Assembly (NCBI GenBank): GCA_965649825.1
Contig: OZ287700.1
Location: 1,178,001 to 1,242,000, forward strand
Length of the DNA: 64,000 nucleotides
From: Penicillus capitatus
Taxonomy: Eukaryota > Plantae > Chlorophyta
Reading direction: 5' to 3'
Made by a program: the position numbers and the translations under genes. How positions within the stretch are numbered: the first letter of the stretch is position 1; every line of letters starts with the position of its first letter. Shown here piece by piece: positions 39,542 to 53,301 of the stretch. The notes under the pieces were generated by a model, which saw only the letters and a program-made list of their open reading frames with translations, searched no databases and had not been told where the DNA came from.

Positions 39542-41395
39542 TTATTTTTTGCCGCCGCGTTTTGAACCTCTTCCCACTCTCTTCTTTCGTAACGTCTTCT
39601 TTTTCTTCGTCTTCGGTTGCTCGGTGGCTTTTCCGTCGTCGCCATCCACAAGTGCTCTCTTCCTCTGGCCTTTGGTCTTCGGCACGTTCGCCTCGGCTTC
39701 TTCAAAAGCGTCTGGATCGAAGATGGGAAAGTCTTTCAGATGAGAATCCGTAGGGTCCACGAGGAAGAGGGTAAATCCGTGACCACAGGCGACTTGATGT
39801 GTATAGAGGCCTTCGAGAGCATCACACTATGGAAGACATGTGTGTGGAATCATCCATCGACCGTGCGATGGCCTGTTACCTTCTCCGGATTGGCGCAGCT
39901 TCGTTTGCCTTCGGATCCTTTGGCCAGTTCTCCATTCTTTGCCTGTCCCCAAAGAATCACGGACCTCTCAGCTGCCACAGCAAAGGTTCCTGGGCCACAT
40001 GACATATCGCGTATCTGAAAGCAAACGAGGGCGTTGTCAGAAAGTGCTGTGCTGAGATGCAGCAACCGTCCATCCTTGAAAGTCAATGAATGGACGCGGA
40101 TACATCTCGCAGTCACTGCTCGATGGTTTTCTATTGCCCCAGGAGTATAACATCCCACCCGCTGCTGTGCAGAATGTCGTCATGCCCCCCGCCGCCATCT
40201 GTCACGTCACCAACAGTGAGGATCACGTTGATCAGACATGCTTACAATGAGTTTCTTATGATCGAGGCGCACTCGACCTAGGAAGCCTTCGATCGGACGC
40301 GGCCGCCACTCGTCTTGCTGCACCGCATGACCTAGCCTTCCATAGTTTCCTGTCAGCGATTCCGTATCGTCATTAGCAGATGATTTCCATATCTGTCGTT
40401 TACCGTTTCCCCAAGTGTACGGAATTCCGTCAGAATCTACAGCCATAATATGATGATTTCCAGCCGCCACTTTGACGATCTCTCTCTTCTCTAACGCTTG
40501 GATGTGCTTCGGCGTAGGTTCCGGCTCGAACGCCATCTTGACCGAATCTAAGGCCGGCCCAGATGACGGCCACAACAGATCGCCTGTATCTGAGGCCTCG
40601 CACTTTCGCTCAAGTTGTATTCGTGACTCGATCCATCGCCCAATACACCATACTGTGGCGATCCTGCTGCATAGAGCTTTCCATCGCATAGCCAGACGGT
40701 GAACTCCGCTCCACACACTGCAGAGCGGCATTGAGTGACGATGGCCTGAATCGGTGTGAGCACATGGAGCTTGTCTTTCATTTTGAGCTCCCCTAATCCG
40801 CACTGCCCCGAGGCATTCGAGCCACAGGCATAGGACAATTCATTTTCCGTCACAAACACCGTGTGACTCTTTCCGCACGATCCAGAAATCACCTCCAGTT
40901 CAGAGAGGGCCTCCAAAACGGTCGGCTTCGATCGGTTCTCCGTATCGCCGTGACCCAACTGTCCTCTCTACAGAACGGAGGGACAGCTTCGCATTGGATA
41001 GAGCATCATCATCTTCACGTCATTTCTGCCCCACGTATAACAGAGTCCATTGATGTCGAGGGCCATACAATGACAGGCAGAAGGTCCGGCAGCGATGTGA
41101 CGTATCTTGACATCGAGTAAAGACTTGAGTCGATGCGGTTCAGGCAGATCAGGCCACTTGGTCTAGGAAAAAGAAAACGATCGGCCGGGACAAAAGACGG
41201 GCGATCGGTACGTCTTCCGATTCTCTCTTCTTGTTCGGCACTTTTCCTATCTGCCAAGCCACAGGAGACTCTCGAAAACGGTTCGTCAAAGCGTCGCCTC
41301 GGCGACAGACAACGACGCACCATGGCCCAGTCCGTGGCGCCGGCAAACAGCAGTTCGCCGCCGTTCCAGTTCTTCGGTGCGTCGCTCTCTGGCAT
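39542..41395 (-). CDS. RCC2: RCC1-repeat protein, RCC2/TD-60-like (about 8 introns)
   Basis: GELLFAGATDW, YTWGRNDRGQLGHGD, SCGKSHT, CGAEFTV, GSPQYGVLG, WGNGNYGRLGH and VACGHGFTLF; Lys-rich tail. Confidence 0.88.
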
Positions 41396-42491
41396 GGCGT
41401 CGTTATTCGTCGGCGTCAAAGCGACGGGCTCTTACGAAGACAGAAATGACGAGATGGAATGCATCACGAAATTGCGGCGGATGATTCCCAATGCGACGAC
41501 ACGATCAGCAGTCAATGACGACAAACTGGCAGGTCGCATAGACTTAGGCCATCTATCTCACTCGACCCATCCGGACGGTGAGACTTCTAATCTCATGAAT
41601 TGCTGTTGATCCAGACGTCGCGTCGCGTAGATACGATACAAGTGAAGAGATGAAAAGCAATCTGCCTAAAACGCAATCGTTTATTTACGTTCGGCGCAGT
41701 AATCTGCCGGGATGCGGTTTTTGTGTTTTGGCGAGGCAGAGCGAGATCGACGCGTGCGGCGACTCCTGACGTCGTTCTCGCAGTCACATCATTGCCGTCT
41801 TTTCACGATAGTCCGTCGAGACGCTACCGTTCATGTCATCATTATCTCGACAGAAGAAAAACAAAAAGTCGACTGAGACCCACATCCAGATGGCGAGACG
41901 ATATCTCAAGACTCAGCCAGGAGAAGCATCCAATTAAAAGCGATCCTTAAAACCCCGACCTTCATCATTCTCTCTCTCGCTCTCACACTTTTCTACACGA
42001 TCCACCTGAGAGTCGGGAACAGACTGTCACTCATGACCATTTCTGGTCACTCTTTGTGCAAGGAATCGTTGTGTGAGCACCACCTCACTTGTGACAGAGC
42101 CGACACTCGCGAATAGCATACATTTCACATGTCCCAGTGGCCCCCCGGGACTCTTTGGGTCTTGTTCATTCGTTCTTCTCTAACGAACTGAGAACGAACC
42201 GGGTTCACTGAAACTTAAAGATGATCCATGACTGAGAGTAAAGAGAAATAAACATACGCACAAAGGTCGAGTCTAAATAGAATGCAGTTTCCATGAAAGG
42301 CTCCCCCAGTCAAAGCTCAGTACTTATTTGCAGTCGGTGCATGAAAAGTCAGTCAAGTAAGCATGTGGCTGTTGTTGTTGCTGTTCTTTATCAAAGAGTT
42401 ATCCGACCGAATCCACTGCCTGTCTGTCATATCAATCAATGGTGTTCCGTCTGACTTCCCACACTCCATTATTAAAAGAACAAAGAACAAA

Positions 42492-45383
42492 CTAGAAATC
42501 ACCTCTCCGATCCATAACATCCCTGAGAGATTCTATTGAGAAATAAGGAAAGTGATCTTTGATCATAGAAAGAGAGAGGAGAATTCCTTCTTGCATCAAA
42601 TCTCTCCCAGATATCCAAACCGCTTCGAATATTCGTTTCTGGGCAGTTCTTGACGTCACGCCTTGTTTTTTCGTTGGACGCAAGAGAACGATCTTTCCTG
42701 GTATAATGAACTCTCGAGCGTTGGAAAAATCCTCTGTGTCTGTTGCGCGTACAGCTGCTCTGTATTTTCTAAATGCATCTAATGGCTCTCCATCTACTTG
42801 CTCTGGTGTAAAAAACAATTCATCTTCCGTCCTCTTAGCATTGAACAGGCCAAAGAACAGGACATTCATTTTGCTCCTTCGACACAGCGTCGCAGCACGA
42901 ACCTACATAGCAGAGCAATCGATACAGGATAGATAGACCTTCAAAGAGTGAAATGGCGGCTACCATTTGGTCTCTTAGACGCTCAACAGTTCTGACACTT
43001 ATTCGTGGAACAATGTCCTTTCCATGAACAAGGCTGTAGCAGAAAGGGGACATAGCGGTGGCCAGTTCAGGGCTCATCGTACACCCGGGAGGCGAAATAG
43101 CAAAACACTCGATTTTGCGATGTGGAAATCTAGGCAACACACAGACATACATGTCTGGCGTCTCCATGCGATCAAGATTTCACCTGCTCTTTAGTAAGAG
43201 AGTTGCTAATGATACCACTCCAGCGCCAAGGCTGTGGCCTGTCATGACGAATTTCCATCTTTCCATGTCAGGAAGAGACATTCCAGCATTGCTCGCTGCC
43301 AATTGAAAAGACCCCGTTTCCAAGAACTCCAGCATTCCAACGCTTTGCATATTGTGAATTAATCCGCGGGCGCTTCGCAGCATTCCCGAATGTACAGAAA
43401 CATCTGGAAGACATCCTGCTCTGCTTGGATCGAATCCTCGTAAATCTGCTAACAACTGGTTCACTTCGGTGGCTTCCTCTTGGTTAAGTGGTTCAGGATG
43501 GATTAGAAAATCTGTTACTAGGTCACTCCAACTCCATGTCCCGCGGACGGCCACGACGACTGCCTTATCATCATGGTCCAGTGCAACGAAATAGGGTAGA
43601 TGACCAGCCAATACATCCTCGTGGCTCCTGTACAAGATGTTCTCTTTCTGAAACCCATAACGCAAGACTGCCTCTTCGTTCAATCTCTGTCTAAGGCTTG
43701 GTCCTCTGTTTGAGCCATTTGGTGACCGGACTTGATTCCCGGCTAAAGAAAAGGAATGAACGGAGCTGCGTGGCGCTGCGTGGATGCACAGGCCGAAGAA
43801 ACGACCAAAAACATCCATCATGCGCTTCCCAGATGCCAAATACAATAAAGCGCCATAAGAAGCCAATGCATAGCGATGATATAAGTGCATTCTTTCTAAT
43901 GTCATATAGTCAACTTTCTGGGAATGATTTAAAGCTTCTTCTGGACAACCCGATGACGGTATGAGGACAGGGCCAGAGAAATCATCACCCCACGACAACA
44001 TCGTCTCAACGGAAGACCCTCCATCGGACAACCGTGCTTGATGTATCTGAATCTCATCCATACCGTCTTCCTCTGCCTCTCCCACCTGAACGGCCGGTGG
44101 AGATTCCCTGTTCGAGAACTGATCTGGACTGTAAGACGGGACAGATTCAGCATGACCACACGAATCTGGGTTCGAGAGCGTCTCGTGAGATGCGCGTTCA
44201 AAATCGTCCATCTCTTGAATGGCCGCAGTGTTCTCGTATCTCAGCGTACTCAAATCGACATCGAAATCAATAGACGCTGTGCGACGGTGACGTGGTCCGA
44301 GTCTCTGCTGCACTTCTTGGTCAAACTGGATGTTCTCTTCGTCTATAGGTTCGAACGGTAAGGGCAGAAGCTGTGGCAGAATTCCGGAAGATGGCTGGCC
44401 TTCATCGATGTTCGCTTCTTCGGCTTGCTGGACTTCTTCCTCTCTGATCTCCCCTTGTTCCATCATATCCATGACGGCATCTTCGGAGACTGTTGTGAGT
44501 TTTGTTGAGCGCAACTCGATGTACTGTTGTGTGTTGTCTTCCCGTGTTCTGTTATTCGCTCTTCCATTCAAGACTCCTGCTGCATCGTCCAATGTGGCTA
44601 GATACGTTGGCAAGGATTCGCCATCTGTTTGGCATTGATGCCTTAAAAAGCTCTGCCTCTTGGCCGCCAAGACCATGGAGGCCAATGTATCTGTCGCTGA
44701 AAAACTCATCGGATTGAAGAATCGCTCGAAGACGAGTGCCATTCGAGCAAGAGATTCGCTTTCGTTCCGATCAAATCCTCCACAGCAACACCAGTTCACA
44801 CACCTCACACCATCACGCCTCAGTCAGGAACATTGTCTCGGCTAAAGAACTGGATGCACCTGATGCGTCTCTTCCATTGAAGAACAGAGTTCTTCGGAAA
44901 GGCTTGATAGGAGATGATGAAAAGGCAGACATAGAGAAGTATGATGACCCAGGTTGATACAATAACAGCTTGCATGAGTATGTTCAGTTCAGATGTCTCT
45001 TTTAGGCATTCTGGCTTTTCGATAAAGACCAGATACGTACCATAGCCTATGATGCCAATCTTCATGAGAAAATTGACCGTTAGCACATACATCACGATCT
45101 CAACGCACACCCGTGACGACGGTTGGAGAATTGAACCCTTTAGTCCGTTTCTTATGATCAGAATGTCGCTGATCGTGGAGATAAAGGTGCTAAAAAGCAA
45201 GCATGCCATAAAAATAGCCAATTCTTTGCAGTCTTTCGGTTGGCTGTATGAGAGGGCAATAATGGAGAAAACAATGAGTAAAAGCAGCCAAGCACCATGG
45301 AAGAGTGCTCCCAGAAATCCAATGGCAGGCAAATCGTCACTCGCCAGCGCCCATTGACGCCCACACAGTGAAAGACTCGGCAT
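42492..45383 (-). CDS. Diacylglycerol lipase-like class 3 lipase with N-terminal transmembrane helices
   Basis: MPSLSLCGRQWALASDDL (DAGL-type start), four hydrophobic segments, VVAVRGTWSWSD, nucleophile GHSLGAG, and SLVHGKDIVPRIS. Confidence 0.9.
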
Positions 45384-45576
45384 CCTCTGGCAAAACACAG
45401 TCCAGACCTAGAAACCTCGACGCCGCAGCGGAACAGACTCTTTGTTGTCTGGCGCCACACACACGCTTCAGAAGACAGAAATCTTTATCAAGGCGTCTTC
45501 CATGGACATCAAAGCGCACTACTCGACCACGTGGTTGAATTGACGTGTCAATGACAACGAACGCGTAAATGGCATC

Positions 45577-47365
45577 ATGCGCGCTCTGGCCCCACGCGGA
45601 CCGCCATGGATGGCACGATGCACAGAACTCGCGAAAGAGTAAGAGATGATATGGATACCTTGCACGAATGAAAAGGCAGCTGCGTGTAGTTGGTTGGAAG
45701 AGACGGCTGTGCGTTGTCAGTGGAGTCGATGGTTCGCAAAAAAGATCCGTCGAAAGAAAGGACCGGTCGAACCGCTAAGCGACACACCGAACAGTGTCGC
45801 CGCGCTCATGAGCGAACGTCCGATCCCTGATGATATGGATGTGCGCGATGTATGGGATCGAACGGCCTATAGGAAGGAAAGACAACTCGAAAGGCTCGCG
45901 GTACGATCGACTGCGCACCGCGCAATGCCATCTCGCCTGTTGCGTAGAATTTCGAATCGACGACACGGTTTACAAAGGAAGGGTCCATCGACGGAGTCAG
46001 CGACGGCGCAATGGAGAATGATCTCATCTCGTCAAATGCATCTCCTGAACTGAAGGCAACAGATGTGTGTCGGTAGGAATGGCCATAGACGACGGTAGTA
46101 ATGAAGACGGATGTGTCATAGGTACTACACCCTGGAGAAAGGATACATTCAAGAAGCATTCCGAGAATTTTACAAGTTCGCCGGTGAGGATGGCAAACAT
46201 GACTTGCCGGCAAGAGGATGCAAAGCACTGTACAAAGACGTTCGGGTAAGACAGTACACATGGCCTGCCTCTAACGATGCCTTAGATGACGGGACTGGCA
46301 TCTGTCTTGAACCGTGAGTGCATGCACAAACTGCGAGAGCGTCTAACGGATGAGAAACCGTTGCGGATCTGGCTGGATGGCAAGAGTGGATCAGGAAAGA
46401 GCATCGCTCTGGTTTCCCTTGTAGAATGGGCCAGACAGAACAGCTGGTTCATTGCAGTGCCCCTTCTCTTTGCTTCCTCCTGCATTTGGTTTGCAGGTTG
46501 GTGCTGTATCTGCCGTCCGCCTTGTCACTGGTTTCGGACTATTTCTACATAAAGAGACCCGGCGACTCGGAGATGTATGATACAATAGTCGCCGCCAAAG
46601 AGATCTTAAAAAGCGTCTATGCTGTCTACGGAGGCGAATCTGGATCCCTCTCCGCTCTTTCGAGAACGCAGACAGAGACAACGGAACGCGATTTAGGTCA
46701 GACATTGGAAGACGTGTGCAAAATCGGTATGTCTAGTGGAGATCCGGTAAGCATCGACCCCCTTATTAGGGTACGTCTTTCCGTACCGTACGATCTAGGC
46801 TGTCGTATGCGATGCCGTCACCCAACTGCTGCGCGAATTTCTCTACGGAGATCACGGCGTCGAAAAACTCGTCGCTGTTGACGATTATAACGCACTGTAC
46901 TGGAAGACGCAGTACTACAGATGGAAGAACGAGCGGCACAAAGTCATGATCCCCGCGGAAAATGTCACGCTGGTAATGCCCAAACGTTTTTCGACGCAAA
47001 CGATCCAGGCGTCGTTCTTGCCACAGAGCAAAGCTTTTCGCGAGTTGCATGAGAGCGATGCGTTACAGAGCCATGTCGTTGTATCTCCGACAGCTTCCGG
47101 CGGCATCCCGCAACGCATCTGGATACCGAATGCCGATCGCTTCGAGTCTTTGTCAATTCCGCCGTTCACCGAGGTGATGCGTCAGTCGTTGCTCATATCG
47201 CTTTGCCAACAGTCGTGGTATCGACAGGACGAGATGGCTTGCGTCCTCTGCTACTACTGGCAACAGCAACTCATTCAGGCCGTTCATCCGCACAGCATGA
47301 AGCGACTCTTTTTTGTTACTGGTGGCAACATGCACGATTTGAAGCGTGCCCTCTCAACGCTGTGA
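45577..47365 (+). CDS. DAP3: Mitochondrial ribosomal protein mS29/DAP3 (about 8 introns)
   Basis: P-loop LDGKSGSGKSIAL, WARQNSWLVLYLPS, LVAVDDYNALY and a C-terminal FVTGGN; Arg-rich presequence; TGTAA at 47379-47383. Confidence 0.85.
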
Positions 47366-48620
47366 ACGCTTCTCTAACTGTAACGTGAAATCTACATGAG
47401 CTTGAACTTGCGATGAACGGACCATGCGCTGCTCTATTTTATCGTCTGAACAGTCGACGTCCACAGTTCTTTGGTCTTTTCTTTCAGTCGTTTCACGTGT
47501 GTGTCTTTTTCGCGCAGGCCATCCCATTAGCCGTGTGGTTTTTCGTGATTCGCGTATTGAGTCCTGACAGAAGTTTCTCATTCGATTCTCACGGGAGTCA
47601 GAAAATAACAACTTCTCGCTGTCGCGATTTCTGAAGTCTGCTGCCTGGCGTTATTCGTTTGTGCGACGAATTAGCGCATCACCTGCTTTTCAGTTTCTGC
47701 AACTGTCGCTTAATTGAACGCAGTCCGCGTGTATATATACCTGACAAGGTCGCGGCAATATTTTATTGTGACCGTCAGCGTATCGACCAGAAGTCCTTTT
47801 TGAAGTACGAACTGTTTTCGCATCGCTCAAAGGTTCAGCTGTTGGGGACAAGGCGTAACCAACGACACGCCGTCCGCAATTTGACATTGAGACATTCCGT
47901 CTTAACCTTATTGGAACACGCCGTCAAATACATACACTACGCGCTGCACGCTGTTCGTTTTTGAAGAGAGGTCAGAGAATAGCCGAACTTTGTTGCCCCG
48001 CCTCGACCACGTTCTGTCGCCTTCTGTTCGCTTGGAGTTCCGGCATTTCATTCGGTTTTGAAGTAGTCCGTGTCATTCCACCTAGTCCCGAGCTCCTACC
48101 CGTGACTGACTGCTTCTCGTCACGTTCACTGTTCTTCTTCCACTCTGCCAGACAGTACAACACTTTGAACAGCGAGTAAGATATGGCACATATGGCTTGG
48201 GGCCTCGTACCAACCGTACCTTTTGACTTTTCCTTGGTAGCACATTATTCACGTGTTATCCTATTCACCCCACGTACGTAAAGCGCATACGCGTGTAGTC
48301 AGGCGTATCAATTGTTGAAGGCGTTGGTTTCCATCGATTCTCCTGTTTGGATAATTTCGTGTTGAGCGTCGTCTGTGTCTAACCATTGTGTGTCTTTCAG
48401 TTAGTTTCAGATTTCGAGGGGTCGGTCGGAGAAAAGCGGTCGCGGTTGAGTCGTGCGCACTGCAAGTTTGAATACCTTCGACTGAGGAGTACATTACGTT
48501 TCTTGGAAGCATCGACCATTTACCCCAAGGCAGAGCCGTTGAGGTTGGTGTGAACCACGGTCGTGAAAAGCGTATTGGATAACCACCGGGGAAAGAATAT
48601 GGTATTTGGTATGCGATCCA

Positions 48621-51600
48621 AAAAATCGCAGAAAAAGAAAGGGACGTCGCGCTCCATGTGCGCATCAAAGTAAGAAATGCCCCACCTAGAAGCTCCTCAA
48701 ACCCTACAGCTGCTTGCTGTCTGGCCACTCAACGGAGCGGCCACATTTTTGTTTCTGCTGCGATACATGGGAAAGGGCAGCTGTGATGAAGCTGTGTTTG
48801 TCTTAGGCCGACGACACGTTCACGGGAAATGGACAGATGTAATGATAGTGCAAGATCAGCCGCCCGCGGCACACGAAGCGTTTCCCGTCCCACTGGGCGT
48901 GACAGCATGAGAAATCCAAGAAGCAAGGGTGAAGGGTCAGGGTCCATGCGGATATCCCGACCGCCGCCAGCACGATCCTTCCGTAAAGAAACATCGGCAC
49001 CACCAGGGCCCAGCAAGAGTCGCGATGGATCGACATCAGGAATCCGAGTGACCGTCCGTTTTCGACCATTGAAGTATAGCATACCTGCTGCATCTCATTA
49101 CGATCCCAGTCAACCGCGTGGCCTTTTTACAGCCGAACAGAGCGCTCGAGAGGCGATACAGCCGTCTGGGGTGTGGACGAAGACAACAATGTCGGCCGTT
49201 ACCAGAGAGGCGCTTTCTCTCCAAAATACCACTACGATACCGTGTTCACCGAGGACAAAGATAACCAGTCCGTTTACGAAAACGTTGCCAAAGAGGTATT
49301 ATACCCATGACGTCCATGTGAGATGCACTGAGATGTGGTGGATGGCATAGATCGTCGAAACAGCTATGGGAGGCGTAAATGGAACGGTGTTCGCATACGG
49401 CGTAACGAGCAGTGGAAAGACGCATACGATGATGGGCAATGACGAGGAAAGCGGACTTGTACCGCGCACTATTCAACACGTTTTCGATCTGATCGAACAG
49501 CATCCCGACAAAGAATACCTTCTCCGTCTCTCGATGTTGGAAATCTATAACGAGGTTGGATCCATGCAGATGGAAGGCCCCCTCTTACAACACCTCATCC
49601 CATGTACCAGGAGTTGAACGACTTATTGGATCCCGCCCGTCGAAACTTGAAAGTCCGTGAGGACAGGACCAAAGGCGTCCACGTTGACGGACTGACCGAC
49701 GTTGTACTGGAATCCGTCGACCAGGCGCTTTGCCTAATCAACAAAGGAATCAAGAATCGACAAGTAAGTGTGTTCAATGCCTGTCTTGTCCCGAGTGTGT
49801 TCATGTTGTTTGGCGTGTGTTCAGGTTAGCGCCACAAATCACAATGAGGGGTCAAGTCGTAGTCATACATTGTGCAGGATATCTGTCGAGACCCATGACA
49901 GATGTGCGGGAAGAGGCGGACGAACGTTGTCTTTCCTCAATTTGATTGATCTAGCTGGATCAGAAAGTGCGCGTGCGGCAAAATCTAAAGGGCACAGGAT
50001 GGAAGGGAGCTTCATCAACAAATCCTTGCTCACACTAGGGACAGTTATTCACAAGTTGAGCGAGGCCAAGAAGAAGAGTCACATTCCATTTAGAGATAGC
50101 AAGTTGACGCGCTTATTGCAAAGCTCTTTGACGGGGAATGGTTCAAAAATGGCTGTCATCTGCTGCGTGACCCCTTCATCTGCTCAAGCTGAGGAGACAG
50201 AGAACACACTCAAATTTGCTGAGAGGGCCAAAAAGGTCAAAATCAAGCGTTCAAAGAACGAGATGATGGATTCAAAGTCAGAAATCGCTCAACTTCATCG
50301 CGTGATCGCAGATCTGAAAACCCAACTCAAAGAGATGTCAGAAAAAGCGGCGACCCAACCTCCGCAATCTGCTGTTCCAGACCCTCTGCTCCAAGAAGAG
50401 CTGGTCAAGGCGAAGGAAAGGCTAGAGGAAGAGCTCAGGGCAAGAATTAAGAGGGAAGAAGAGCGTCAAGCACTTGAAGCCACCATCAAAAGACTAACAC
50501 GCCTGATACTGCATTCCACTCGAGCTCAAACCGGAAACATGTACGGCAGACACACTCTTCTGTCGAGCAGAGATTTATGACGGCGGTGTGTTGCTTGTTA
50601 GGATTCCTCACGCCAAAATGCATAGGTCCCACAGCTTCGATGCGCTTAAAGCAAAATCGGCAATGGAGTCTTTTTCGCTGATGAGCACTGAGAGCGTCGT
50701 CATCCATCCAGAGTTCCCAACTTCGCTGCCGGAGGAAATCTCAGAGATGAAATCGTTCTCTTCTGAAACCGTGCCTTCCATAAATCCAGGTAACGATCCA
50801 TCACCCTACCTGTCCCTCTTTCCACGATATCCATTCATTGTGTCGCATTTGAGACACGCCTCTCACATCGTCGTCGGCTGAGATTGTTTTTCTCTTATGA
50901 TTTTCAGTGAATGATATCACTCCTGTTGCACATGAACGTCGAACATCGTTTTCGGCGCCAATGATTAGAAGTCCAGCGTCGAGCCACCTTGCTCTTCCAG
51001 GGAACCCGTCGCCTGACAAGGAAGCGCTAACGGAAAACGAATTCCTGAGAAAGCAATTGAACATCGTCAGACAATGTGTCGCTGAGAGAGAAAAGGAGCT
51101 CATCATTAGAGTACGGCATCGTCCATTCGGATTTCATGCACTCAAGCATTGTCTCCCTTGCAGCACCGAGAGTCTACCGAGCTTCGAAGACGACTCGCGT
51201 CTTATGAAAGCTCCAATCCATCGACAGCGAGATCACATGTGGCCGAGGACGACGCAAATACCCAATCATTGGAGTACTCGGTAGACATATGCCGCATTTA
51301 TGGACACGCTCTTATTTTGTTTCGCTTGTCAGTTGCTGGAAGCTGACCGCGGCGTTCTTGAAGAATCGCTGATTGCAGCAAAGAAAGATAAAGATCGTTT
51401 GACCACGGAATTGTTGAGAGCAAAGAATGAATTAAAAAGAACCAAGAAAAGGCTACAAGAATACGAGGGGAGCAACGAAATGCCTCAATACTCAGCAGAA
51501 AAGGTACGCTCTCCCCACATCAACGTGTCCATCCACACGCACTCACTCACCTCTGTTCTTCGTGTTAGCTTTTCCGGGCCGGTTCTTCGGAAAATGTTCC

Positions 51601-52039
51601 AATGAGTCCAACTGGCAGTGCATCCACGGTTGAGACTGGAGTGTCGGACAATATGGTCAGTCCCGGCCGAAATTCGGACGAAAGACCACCGCGGCATCCG
51701 CAGCACCAAGTTCAAGTTACAGGGTACGTTTCTGTTAGTTGGCAGCGTGTATCAGAGCAGAGAGGGTGTGTTTGATGCAGAGCCGTGTATGAACAGTTGG
51801 TTGTGAGTCCGACGGAACTGCGAGCCAAGCTTGGTAAACTTGAAGCTGAAGTACGCTGTGCCCTTCAGGCCCTCACGATCAAAGACAACCAAATCGAATC
51901 CCAAAAACGCGAGATCGTGAGCCAAAAAGAAGAGGCCGAAGAAGTGAAGCAGCTGTTGCATAACTTGGGGTCGGAGAACGAGAGTCTGAAGCAACGCATT
52001 AAGATGCTGGAAGCGCAGCAACATAGGTATGCCACCTGA
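48621..52039 (+). CDS. KIN7: Kinesin-7 family motor (CENP-E/KIN7-like) with long coiled-coil tail (about 11 introns)
   Basis: IRVTVRFRPL, FAYGVTSSGKT, LSMLEIYNE, SSRSH, DLAGSE and HIPFRDSKLTRLLQSSL are all intact. The first exon (48621-48679) is inferred. Confidence 0.93.
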
Positions 52040-53244
52040 CATAACAGCACTTCTTATACCCTATATCCCTTGATTAAACGCTACTAGACCCTCACACCAC
52101 ACAATATGGTTCGTCTTGCATGTGTGCAGCGGAATGGGTCCTTGGGAGGGGTCTTTTTTAACCCACAAAATGAACATGAACAAGATGTGAGCAACTAATT
52201 TGAGACTTCGAGTTCAATCAGTCGCAGGATTGGGGTGGGACTGATCTTTGTTTGTCTGTTTACTGCAGTATGTCTGTCTATTTCGGGCTGTCTAACTGTC
52301 TGTTTCTGAAAGCTGAAGTAATTGTTTGATGTTATGTGTGTCAGATATGAAGCGGGCAGAGAACAGCAGAGCACCACTCGTTTGGGTTTTCAGGATTTGA
52401 ACAATAATTTCACAGCCGTCAGTAGTCCTCTCTGTCATCCAAGTCCGATGGACAGACTTGATAGCATAGTAGAGTTGCTCTATGAACAGTTTTGAAACAT
52501 TGGCGGATCATGTGAGGGTCATCATCTGTGTAACAAGGGGATAGCACTTGACAAAGTCAATTTCATTAATCGGTTCAACTTTTTCCTGTCTCTCTCTGAA
52601 CTGTGCAGCGTACCCACCCCTACCACTTCATCTTTTACTCTTCTCGTGAAGCACGAACTTCGGCATTTGTGTCTGTCGTCTTCTTCATTGTGAAAGAATT
52701 GCAACAGCATAGGGAAACGTTTCTAGGAAAGACTTCCAAGTTCTTGGATAACCGCTCGGGACACACATCCATTTTTTTATTTTCAATTTTTTCTGAGTTC
52801 GTGGCCGAGGAATTGATTGCCATGGAAAGTAGTTGCGTCCATGTATTCTCTCTTGTTCGAGCCGCATCCAGTTTTTCTTGTTCGAATCGTTGCCAAGCTT
52901 TAGACAAAGAAATCTTCAAAATAATCTGACAGTTCAATAAAAAATGGTACGCCACAATCTATTTCTTCACGCAGCTGACTCAAGAAGCGCGAGAAGATAC
53001 TTGCATGATTTCAAAAGTCATATCGTCTTCGTCGTCGTTGTCGTCATTTTCTCTTTCTCACTTTTATTTTGTTCAAGAATTTCGGTCAGTACAGGGTTCG
53101 CAAATGCTTTGCCGACACTCACATGATTGTTGTTGTTATCATGACTGTTCTCTTCTCCTTTACAGCACTAGCACTGAATTCAGCTGCAGTACGGTAATAA
53201 CCCTTGTCACCTGCGCGAACAGTCTTGTAACCGAAAAGAGATCT

Positions 53245-53301
53245 GCATTCTCTATCTGTCTATCCTATCCTATCCTATCTGTCTGTCTATCTATCTATCT
53301 A
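53245..53301. repeat. Imperfect (TCTA/CCTAT/TCTG)n microsatellite
   Basis: tctatctgtctatcctatcctatcctatctgtctgtctatctatctatct, read directly. Confidence 0.85.

Noticed and set aside
32650-42490. tRNA, snRNA or snoRNA genes in the intergenic gaps (32.7-33.3, 38.9-39.5, 41.9-42.5 kb)
   Set aside because: No T-loop GTTCRA with cloverleaf, snRNA signature or paired C/D boxes could be supported by eye; tRNAscan-SE or Infernal would be decisive.
48261-48728. 155-aa minus-strand ORF upstream of kinesin-7
   Set aside because: It starts at a non-ATG codon, overlaps the inferred kinesin first exon and intron, and has no recognisable domain.
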